Shown here piece by piece: positions 38,801-50,800 of a stretch of DNA of 64,000 nucleotides (positions are counted from its first letter, which is position 1; each line of letters starts with the position of its first letter). The DNA comes from Mustelus asterias. Lineage: Eukaryota. The stretch spans positions 82,832,001 to 82,896,000 of the forward strand of contig NC_135801.1 of the NCBI RefSeq assembly GCF_964213995.1. Reading direction: 5' to 3'. Below the pieces are notes generated by a model. That model had not been told where the DNA came from. It did not search any database and saw nothing but the letters and a program-made list of their open reading frames with translations. The position numbers and the translations under genes are program-made.

Positions 38801-41800
38801 CGCAAATCTTTGTCTCGTCACTGGACGCAGGTGAGGTCCCAGAGGATTGGAGGATAGCTAATGTGGTCCCGTTATTTAAGAAGGGTAGGAAGGATAACCC
38901 GGGTAATTATAGGTCGGTGAGCTTGACGTCCGTGGTGGGGAAGTTGTTGGAGAAGATTCTTAGAGATAGGATGTATGCGCATTTAGAAAGGAATAAACTC
39001 ATTAACGATAGTCAGCATGGTTTTGTGAGAGGGAGGTCATGCCTCACTAACCTGGTGGAGTTTTTTGAAGAAGTGACCAAAATGGTTGACGAGGGAAGGG
39101 CCGTGGATGTCGTCTATATGGACTTTAGTAAAGCGTTTGACAAAGTCCCTCATGGTAGGCTGGTGAAAAAGGTTGGATCTCATGGGATAAAGGTGGAGGT
39201 GGCTAGATGGGTGGAGAACTGGCTTGCTCACAGAAGACAGAGGGTGGTAGTGGAAGGGTCTTTTTCCGGCTGGAGGCCTGTGACTAGTGGTGTTCCGCAG
39301 GGCTCTACTGGGACCTCTGCTGTTTGTGATTTATATAAATGATCTGGAAGAAGGTGTAACTGGGGTGATCAGTAAGTTTGCGGACGACACAAAATTGGCA
39401 GGACTTGCAGATAGTGAGGAGCATTGTCAGAAGCTACAGAAGGATATAGATAGGCTGGAAATTTGGGCAAAGAAATGGCAGATGGAGTTCAATCCTGATA
39501 AATGCGAAGCGATGCATTTTGGTAGAAATAATGTAGGGAGGAGCTATATGATAAATGGCAGAACCATAAAGGGTGTAGATACGCAGAGGGACCTGGGTGT
39601 GCAAGTCCACAGATCCTTGAAAGTGACGTCACAGGTGGAGAAGGCGGTGAAGAAGGCATATGGCATGCTTGCCTTTATAGGACGGGGCATAGAGTATAAA
39701 AGTTGGGGTCTGATGTTGCAGATGTATAGAACGTTGGTTCGGCCGCATCTGGAATACTGCGTCCAGTTCTGGTCGCCACACTACCAGAAGGACGTGGAGA
39801 CTTTGGAGAGAGTACAGAGGAGGTTTACCAGGATGTTACCTGGTATGGAGGGGCTTAGTTATGAGGAGAGATTGGGTAAACTGGGGTTGTTCTCCCTGGA
39901 AAGACGGAGGATGAGGGGAGACTTAATAGAGGTGTATAAAATTATGAAAGGCATAGATAGGGTGAACGGTGGGAAGCTTTTCCCCAGGTCGGTGGTGACG
40001 TTCATGAGGGGTCATAGGTTCAAGGTGAAGAGGGGGAGGTTTAACACAGATATCAGACGGACATATTTTACACAGAGGGTGGTGGGGGCCTGGAATGCGC
40101 TGCCAGGCAAGGTGGTGGAGGCGAACACACTGGGAACGTTTAAGACTTATCTAGACAGCCATATGAACGGAGTGGGAATGGAGGGATACAAAAGAATGGT
40201 CTAGTTTGGACCAGGGAGCGGCGTGGGCTTGGAGGGCCGAAGGGCCTGTTCCTGTGCTGTATTGTTCTTTGTTTTGTTTATGTGATCTTTCTATATCCCC
40301 CCCCTTTTAGATGTGACCAAGATTCTTCTGTATGCAGCACAGGCCAGCCACCAGCTGGTTCCACCAGAGGTAATGATTCAATATCTAAAATGCTTCCCAT
40401 TTAGATTTTTAGAAAGCATTTGCTGCTATGTTTAGTTTTTAATCTCACAATCTAAAATCTTTATATTTGAAATGTTAATAACTATTACCAATTGTAATGC
40501 AATCTTTTACCTACAAAGGTTTGTGACTACCCCCTTGTATTGCCAGGATCTTGAACTGTGCCTTAAATGTGTACAGAATTTCTCAAATAGTGAACACATT
40601 CAAGTATGTAATAGATGTCTAGTAGTGATTTAATCTGTGCAGCCACTGCTCCAGTTATTTCGCAACATACTTAACTCAAAGTTGATGTCCAATGCAGGTT
40701 GGTATTCCATTTGGAAATACTGAGGCTGTGCTGGAAAGCTAAAAGTTCCACCAGTTCTATCTATTTGTATTATGGAAATTTCATTAGCCTCAGTCAAACT
40801 AGATCTTGGTCATCTGGTATGCATGTACATTGCCAGCCATTTGCTGGTTTATCTCCAGGCATTAGGGTGTATTGTCTCAGCCAGTTCTTCTGTACTACTC
40901 ACAGCTGTTGAAGAGTGCACATTAAGTGGATAGTTCCAAAGTGAAGGATTAAAATAGAACCGTAGCATCTAACAGCACAGGGGGAGGCTGTTTGGCCCAT
41001 CATTGCTGCTTTTTGGGAAGAAAAAGCTATTCAATTTAGTCCCAATATCCAGCCTCTTCTCCATTATACCTGTAAATTGGTCCTGTTCAGATACATGCCC
41101 AATTGCCTTTTGAAGCTTCCTAGGGAACCTGATTCCACCAGCCTTTCAACTGGTGCTTTCCAGATCATAACTCTCTGTGGGCAAAGTCATACAGACTATA
41201 CAGTGTTCTTCAATGATGTATCAATGGTGAATACCGCACAAATAGCAGCCCACCATGCTGTCTGCCCCCAGGCATTTGAGTTGAGTCCATGGAAGTCATT
41301 TGTGACGGCACTAAACAAACAAATTTATCCCCCAGGGATTGTTAAGATCTGGAATATGCGTCTTGAAAAGGCAGCGGAATCAAACAGATTTTTCCACCTG
41401 GTGACTTGTCACTTTTTTTTCTTTAATAAATGCTCTTTATTACTTTGCATAAGGACTGGACTGTTTTCTCACTGGGTTGCTCCTCACATTAATCCAAACA
41501 AACCTACACCACTTCGAGCCAGTTTTTCAAGTCGAGATACTGGTGCATATAACGTCAGCCGAGTTCGTAACAGTCACCCTTTAATTTGTACTGCTCTAAG
41601 GAAGATGATCCCAGCTTTTCCAATTTCTCCAGATAACTGAAGTCCCTCATCCCTAGTATGAGCCTCGTAAACCTCACTTTCCCCTCTTTACGGCCTTGAC
41701 ATCTTTATTAAATAGGATTGTACTCTATACCCCAGCTAAGGCCTACGGATTGTTTTAAAGGATTAGCAAGACTTCCTGGTTTGGTATCCAGTGTCCTTGT

Positions 41801-44800
41801 TCACAAAGCCAAATATCCCATCCTCTTTTTTTAACTGCCCTATCAACTTGCTCTTCCACTTTCAAAGATTTGGGAATATGACCCCTACCCCTTTACCAGT
41901 CCCTCTGCTCTTGCACTCCCTTCAAAATAGTACCATTTAGGTTATACTATCTCTCCACGTGGATTCCTCCGAAGTGTACCATTTCAAACGTATCTGCATT
42001 AAATTGCAATCTGTCATATGTCTGCTCTTCTTATCAGTCTATCCATGTCTTCCTCTGCCTTCCCATTCCCTGTCAAGTTTTGTTTCATCCACAAGGTTCA
42101 AAATTGTTCTCCTTAAACTGGAGTCTAGATCCTTTATATATAAACAAGTAAATAGTGGTCTTCTGCATATTTTTCTTCAGTCAGAAAAGCATCCATTTAC
42201 TACTACTCTCTGTCCCCTAACCCTGAGCCAATTACATATCCAAGTTGCAACCTCTTTAATATCATGTGCTTCTATTTTTCTGACATCTGTTAAGTGATGC
42301 TTCATCAATATCTTTTGAAAGCCCATATGTAATATATTTTGCATGATCAGCTCTCACTGTTACTTCATTAAAATACTCAAACAGGTTAGACAGACATGAT
42401 TTGTCTTTAACAAATCTATGCTGGCTGTCCCTTCTTAACGCATGCTCCCCTAAGTGAGAATTAATTTTAACCTTGACAATTGTCAACGGATAAATTGCAT
42501 GTAAATTCCTCTTGCTGAAGGATATATGTTACCAAATCAACAAATATTGTGAGCATTATTAGAATTAAGAATATTGTCATTAATGTTTTATACCGTTTTC
42601 TAGATGATCCAAACAATGGTGATGACTATAGCAAACAACTTCGTCACAGACCGAAATTCCGGTGAAGTTATGACGGTTGGGTGTGTAAAATAATCATTAA
42701 TTTATTATTTCCTTTAAATATATATATATGCATTTAATACAATGACCTCCATTTTTCTAAAATAATTGAATGTTGATGATCAGCCATGATCAAAATGAAT
42801 GGCGGAGCAGGCTTGAAGGGCCGAATGACCTACTTCTGCTCCTAGTTTCTATAAATAAGTCCCTGGTGGCCTAGTGAGTAAATATGTTTCCTGCTGTGAG
42901 ACTGAGTTATACAGATCAAGTCCCAAACTTAACCTTTAGTCCTTGTTTGCTGAACTGATCTGAAGGAACAGTGGGAGCATCATGACTGGCCTCAGTTAAA
43001 CTGAGTTTGGTAATGGGCATTCAATCAAGACTTCAGTTTCTGGCCGCTGCTAACATGTGGATATTGAATGAAGTCAGAATTGGGCATGTTTGCAGTTTCA
43101 GCTTGCCCATAAAAAGTAATTCTTTGAATGAAGAACTTTAGGGCAATACAAACAATAATGGAAATCTCACTTTAACTATCATAAGACTATGATAGTATGG
43201 AAAACAGTTGTATCATTTCACGTAAAGAATTTATTAGTAAATAGCAGCAGAAATAATGGATGGGTAAGCCAATAAGTATGGAATGATTCAGAATCCTTAA
43301 GATTGACAAAGATCTGATGACTTTACAGCCCCACTATGCTTCAGGGAACCTAGTTTGATTAATGGACTAACATCTTAAAACAAATCTTTTCACAAACAGG
43401 ATTAATACTATCAAAGAAATAAGTGCGCGATGTCCCCTTGCCATCACAGAAGATCTGCTCCAGGACCTTGCTCAATACAAGACGCACAAAGACAAAAGTG
43501 AGTGGTCAGATTTAAACATTTAATTTAAAAATTATTATTTTATAATGGTATTGCCATTATCAGTAACAATAGTGAATAGTGTCTTTCTTTATTTTGAATA
43601 TATTCTTTGACTATTCAGATAGAAAATATGTTGAATATTCTGTTCAAATCTCCAGTTCTAACTGAATTGAGCACAAATATTTTGAGAGGTTTAACGGGAA
43701 ATATGTATTTTACACTATATCCAAGATTTATCAGTCATACGGTGGTGGTACAAACTCTGGCATGGACTGTGTTTAGCTATATGAACATGCCAACCCATTG
43801 CAAAACTGATTTATTTTTGATTTGCAATGAAGGACAGAAATATGTTTCAATACAATAAAATAATCATTTTTAGTGGTTAATCAGTGGTTATTTTTGATAC
43901 TGTAGGATTGAAATTCCCTTTTCCCTTTTTACCAAAGTCGAGGAAGGGTGGTGCTAGGTATTGGAATATTCTCCGCTTCAAATACCTGTTGTCAGTATTA
44001 TGATCCCAGATTAGTTCTGGGCAAGTCACAGAGTAAAGTTCTTTCTGCTGTTCCCAATATTGACTCCTCGAAGAACGTTCTTTACTGCACCAGTATGAGA
44101 TTTACCTTTTACTTTACCTATGAGATTTATGCCATTCCCTACACTGTTGCTAATTTGTGTCAAATTTAGGACAGTTTGTTTTAATCCTTGGTCACTGGAA
44201 CTGGATTGAGACTTTCCAAGCATATTTCTTATAGGGTCCTAAAAACTGCAGATGGGGACGCATTTATCCCATTGGTCTGTACTGGATTTGAACCCAGCAC
44301 TCAAGAGAATCCAAACTAGTTGTCATCAAAGATTGCTCTGAGGGAAAACAGAATTTGCTTTTTTCTCTCTCCATAATTGGGAAGCTACCGTGCTCTCCGA
44401 CAGAGCATCTTATCAAGCCCACCCGCTGCCCTATCCTCATAATCCTGAACATTTAACCTGCTAATCTACACATCTTGGGACACTAAGGGGCAATTTAGCA
44501 GAGCCAATCCAGCTACCCTGCACATCTTTGCACTGTAGGAGGAAACCAGAGCACCCGGAGGAAACCCACGCAGACAGTCACCCAAGGCCGGCATTGAGCC
44601 TGGGTCCTTGGTGCTGTGAGGCAGCAGTGCCAACCACTGTGCTGAAAGGAGAAGTCACCCTTATTGGAGATAAGATATCTAGGATCAGATGGTGAAGATG
44701 CATTCTTTGTGAAGTTTTGCTTGATTACTTTTGGTAATGCGGGTACTTACAAAGAATTTCCTGTAAAGTTTAAGAGAATGTGGTAGGATCCATAATCGAA

Positions 44801-47800
44801 TAGACTGTACATGTGGATTTGATGGGACGAGTGTCTATTTCTGAGGCCATGCATTCTTAAGTTTTTTTCTTTTCCCTAGATGTAATGATGTCTGCCAGAT
44901 CCTTGATTCAGCTTTTTAGAACAATGAACCCTCAGATGTTGCACAAGAAAGACAGGGTAAGAATTTTTATAACAGACATGAAGACTTTGGAGAGGGTATA
45001 GAAAAGATTTACCGGAATCATTCCAGGAATGAGGGATTACTGTTAGCTGGATAGATTGGAGAAGCTGGACTCCGAGAACAGAAAAGACTAAGAGAGGCTT
45101 TGATAGAGGTGTTTAAAATCTTGAAGGCTTTGAATAGAATATAAAAAGAAACTGTTTCCAGTAGCTGAAAATCCTGCCCTACAGTCTTGAACATGCCAGC
45201 GAAGGGAGATTGTGTTAGCATGTCTTAATTGTAATCGACATTGGAACCTTCCAGAAACTGGCCAGCTTATAATACCAGACGTAAGGTGACCTGAGGCAGC
45301 ATAAGTAAATGCCCTGGCTTACTTTTTCAAAAGTCCTTTTAAAGAATTTCAATATATATTTGATCAGCCAATGAAATTAAAGATTAATATCACATATAAG
45401 CATGTTGCAGCAGCATGCCAGCAGAGAGAGGAATGGAGTTTGTTGTAGAGACTGAAGACCATGGCCTCGGTCTTCCCAATATATAGAGGAAATATCTGGT
45501 ACTGGATATATGTAAATTTGCACACATTGAAAGGGTCAAGAGAGGTGGTGGTGGCATGATGTGGAACTAACTAGATTGTTCTTCGAAAGAGTCGGTACAG
45601 ACTAACCAGCCTCCTCCTGTGCTGGACTATCATTGTAGTGCATGTAATCTGTGGAAAGGTTCTATCAGACTGATTCATAAATTACATTTTAGTTGTGAAC
45701 TTGGCGTTTTACTGCAGGCTGACATTGAAGCCCACTAAACCTGCATGTCATTTTCTTCAGTTCTAAGGCAGGTAATCAGTGTTAGCTTCCTGGCCAATCC
45801 AAGGACCAATTTAAGTGCTAGTGTTCAACAAGCAAGTTCCCAAATGAAAGTGTGCTGTAACTGAGGTGGTCTAGTGAGGCGCTTTCCCTCTTAGGCAATT
45901 AAACCAATTGCTGTCATTATAATATGGCACCCAGATCATGATTTAAGGTTCTTCAAGCACTTGCAATATGTTATGTGTCTTTTATTTTTTTTTAAACTTG
46001 CTTGTTCCATGTATCTGTCTCTGCTGAGGAAGAAAACTGTGGAGCAGAGTTTTAGCTGTTCTGGACAACAAAGGGTGGGGTGTAGATAAAGAGCAAAGAC
46101 ACTAAAGGGCACAGTTTGCAAATATTAAATGTTGAAGTTTATTAAATAGGCATAAGGAAAACTTGTTTGAAATTGTTATCAAACAGAAAATGTATATTTG
46201 TGATAGGGTAAACCTACAGAAGCCTCAAAGGAAGCCAGATGTCATGGATATGGTGAACTGGATTCCAAAGACTATATCCCAGGAGCAGAAGTGCTGGAAG
46301 AGGAGGGTGTAGCGGATGATGGTAAGTCTGCTATCTCACGCAACAACTGTCTGGTTGTACTAATTGCAACTATCCCTAACAAGCTCAGGATATGAAGCTG
46401 TCTGGTCATCAATGTCTCAGTAACTTTCAGTAAATTTGTATGCAAGTTGTACAACTGAATCTAAGCTTACCTAGCCTATTTCAGTTTCCCTTGGAAATTA
46501 CAACATTGCACAATGATAAGGATCAAAGTTTTCAAATTACAGTAACAATCATTTTCATTTATATAGCACCTTTTTAACATTGTGAATGCCTTGGGACTTT
46601 TTTCTGAGGAATAATTGGATAACAATTGGATACTGAACCATAGAAGAAAACTTGGAGGCATGGATGTTTGTGCCCAGAGATTTGGACAAAGAGGTGGGAT
46701 TTAAGGATGGTCATAAATGAGGAGAGGAAGTTTGGGAGACTGAAGGGACAGAATCTGCAAGAGGAAGAGGAAATGACCAAGGGCATATCACTGTGGGGGA
46801 AAGAAGCCATTGCTGGAGATGCAGTAGCTGTGATTGGATGGGTAAGTGTGGCACGAAGTGAGGAGTATCTCATTGAGCTGAACAATAGAAGGAGGATGAC
46901 AGTGTGATCAATTGTGTCAGAACCTATGCAAAGATTGAAGAGAGAGGATACATGGTATGCTATTTGTCAATTTGATTAAAGCAGTTTCAATACTGTGACC
47001 GGGAGGAACTTGATTAGAGAAATTTAAGCATGAAGTTCAGGAACGATGAGCTTGGATTTCTGAGGCAAAATATTCAAGGACCTTGGAGTGAAAAGGTAGG
47101 TTGAGGTTAGTAGTTTGCATGAAAGAGGAGTTACGGGACAGGATTTTTTGAGAAGGTAGTGTTGACAATTCTGCAGTATCCCCCAATTCTGCAATATCCT
47201 CATATCTGCATGTCCCCAAATCTACAATATCCTCAATTCTACATATTTGTAGAAGCTCTTACAATCTGTTTTTTATATTGTTTGCTAATTCACACCTTGT
47301 ATTTTATTTTCTCCTTGTTCACCAATGCTTTGGTCTTGCAGATGGATGGGAGAGTGCAAGTACAGATGAGGAGGATGAGGAAGATGATGAAGGGTGGATT
47401 GATGTTCATCATTCTTCAGATGAGGAGCAGCAGAAAGAGGTGGTAAGCTGGAAACTTTCCTCGTAAACACAACACATATGTTACAATATATCAAATTGAT
47501 ACGTTATATTAAAACACTCAGCTTAAAGTTGCAGTACAGGATAATATTTTACTTGCTATTAATGCTTTCTGACATTATTTTCAATTAAGAGCTATTGCGG
47601 TGCCTACAAGAGAATGGTCCCCACCCCAAAGTGCTCCTTCTTTTCCTCCTGAGTTTGTGTTTGAGATGGCAAACGCATCTGCAAGGTGGTTGCACCTTGA
47701 TTTTTGACTTATTCCTTCTGCCAGGCTCCTCGATTCTGCTCTGCTTTCCCTCTGTACCTGCCTTACCCCTGCCTCTTTAAGTTAGTCAGACATTCTAATT

Positions 47801-50800
47801 ATCTCATTTGTCTTTTAGTGTTTCTGACATTTTCTGTTGTTGCAAGTCAGTTTGATTTTGAAGTGTGCTTGTGGTAACATAAATATATTTACTTGTTGAC
47901 CAGACGTATTTGGTAGATAATAGAAAATCCAAGCTGCCTCAGTGCAGTGCCTTGTTAGTAACTAGTTATCAGACATGGACAAAATATAATAGGAAATCAT
48001 TGAAGTAAGAAAGAGTTTCTGTACATACAAAAGCTGAAAAAAGACTGTCTGGAAGCAAGTTTGGAGAATTATAATGTGCACAGAAACAGTCAGAAAAACT
48101 GTAGAGTTGTCAAAAGTCAGTATAAATCCATATGCTTATTTTCACATGGTTTGTCCAATATTTAAACATCAGCATCAACTGTAGGAAAGATGTTTGGTCA
48201 GATTATATGTGGTGTCAGCGTTGTAGCTCAGGCAGCCAGTGAGTGAGAGGATTAACAATATGCTCGCTAGAACAGTCAGTTCAGAGGTGAAAGATGGAGC
48301 AAAATGATGGAAATATATTGGTGGCCTGTTGGCATCTGAAAAGTAGATTAACGTCTCAAATAGAGAATCTGGTTCGACCAGGGTCCATTAAAATTGACTC
48401 ATTTTCACCTTGACTGACAAATACAAGATTTTGAAATATAACTCTGGGTTGGATGAAATGTTTCTTGAAGCGTGTTTTCAGCAAAGGTTTGTATTTCAAA
48501 AGGTGGAGAAGATGAGTAGTATGCCCCCAGAAGCACGGAAAGCCAAAGCAGCAATTGTCAGTGCGAGCAGAGTCCTAACGCAAGAAGATTTCAAGAAAAT
48601 ACGTCTGGCCCAAATGGCCAAAGAAATTGACGCTGCCCCTACCAAAAGTCAAAAGAGGAAAATTGTTGAGGATGCCAGTGATGAAAGTGGGTATGTACAT
48701 TCATTTTGCATAATTACTGTGAAAAATACTTCTATGGCCTTCAAACAAGATCCAAGGGATTAAATGTGATGCAATACTAGATGCACTTAAATTATCCCCT
48801 TACTATGTTAGTTTTTTTGATAACGTAAAATAATTATTTCACATGTCAGACCTACATTAGATATTCCCTTGGGTTCAGTGTAACTGGTCTCTCCCATAAG
48901 AAAATCCTAAATCCCCCTTCAATCTAGAGTACTGTACCTTTACTTAGAGACATATGATCATATAATGCCATAAGTCCACTCACAGTTAAAATCCGCCCCA
49001 ATCCCTTATGAAGAGTGTTGAGAGAATGCTACATTGTTGCAGGGGCTGCTGCTAACCCCACCTGTAACTGCCCTCCCCTCAGCTTCACCACCTTCACTAG
49101 TTTCCAGTGCAGCAGGCACATTCATTATTAGTGCAGTCAGTGCTTTAAAAATACAAACTGCCATGGACAGAGGAAACAGTGAGGCAGCAAGCAGTGGCTC
49201 AGGCTCAATGCACCATAGAGTGGAAAATAAGACATTGGCAAGGTGCCTAGACCCAAAGGGGTGCATGAAAAGGCAAGAATGTGTGAATGGATAGCATCAG
49301 TAAGTGCAGGAGGATTGGGGCAGGTTTACCAAACAGGTGACACATAATACTACCAAACTTCCCGAGGACTGAAAGCCTCAGAGCTTTAAACTTGCTTCCA
49401 ATATGGTGGAGATAGCACATGACTTCTGTGTAAGCATAGTAAATGGGCATTCTTTGTAAAATACTGTAGATCATGGCATATAAGTCAACCTATTGAAGTC
49501 TCAAAAAAATCCTTCCAAAAATGATGTTTGAGTTGTATGCCAAGTATAAGATGTAAACCGCCTATATTGGTGTAGGTCATTCTGAAATGAAAGAAAACAT
49601 AATACCAGCAATTTAAATTAATTCAGTGCAATGTGTTTAATTGACCGAATTAATGTTACAAGGATACCCTTAAACACAATCAAAATATTTCAAAAAACGT
49701 CAAATTCATGGGGCGGGATTTACCACACACCTGGCCTTGTGTTTTGCAGCGGTGGGAGCTGGCCCACATTGGCTGGTGGCAGGATCTCCTGGTCCCCCCA
49801 TTGTCAACAAGTTTCCCTGCTGAATGCATCCCTCATTGTTGGCGGGGGGAGGGGGGCGGTTGCACCATAGGCAAGACCAGAAAATCCCGCCGGTGTGAAT
49901 GGCTGTAAAGTTCCAGCCATTGTCTTTGGCATCCGATGCAGGGTTCATTAAGTCACTTTAGTTATGGTATCACAATCATCGAAGTATTTTAGTAGTCTCT
50001 GAGCAATCTTGGTCATCTGCCGCAACACTGGACATTTTTCTTCCATTCTTCCTCCTCCCATTCTCTCACCAATTTTTCACTAACACAGAATTTGTCCACT
50101 GCAGCATAGTTATTTAACGAGTTAGCAAATGTCATGACTTAACTTGAAACGAGCTTCTTACTTAATTATTTTTGTGGGAGGACTCATTTCTTTTCATTAT
50201 TCGCCATGTGCAGTTTTCTCTGTGTGGCCTTGTCTTAAATTCCCGCTCTTCATCTTGGCAACAAGGCCCATGTCCCCTGCTTGATCCCATGTACTGACTT
50301 ACAAGATGAGTAAAACATGCATTTCTGAGGTGAAAAATTGAGGGCAACTCGTAATGTGAATTTTTCTTAGCTAAAAACCTGGGGAACAGGTGGTTAACTT
50401 ATACGTTGAGTATAGGTCTAAACATGAATTTTGGTGCTGAAAAATAGGGTCAATGTATGACAGGATGACTTATTGGCTGTGATCAGTGGTATTTAATTTG
50501 TATTATATATGTTGTATCTTATTTCTTTGTTCAAGCATCTCATCAAAATGTTTCAGAAGAGCATTCATCCAACTTGTCCCTGAGATGTTTGTTTATTTAT
50601 TAGTGCCACAAGTAGGCTTACATTAACACTGCAATGAAGTTACTGTAAAAATCCCCTAGTTGCCACAGTCCGACGACGCCTGTTCGGGTACACTGAGGGA
50701 GAATTTAGCATGGCCAATGCACCTAACCAGCATGTCTTTCAGACTGTGGGAGGAAACCCACACAGACACGGGGAGACTCCGCACAGAGGGACGTTAGAAC

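Noticed and set aside
41077-41640. 187-aa ORF in SDAD1 intron 12
   Set aside because: Non-ATG start, overlaps decayed CR1 antisense sequence, and shows no protein similarity I can recognise.
49150-49470. Possible Harbinger transposase remnant
   Set aside because: Only a faint resemblance (ALN-like motif) with many disruptions; not supportable without a profile search.
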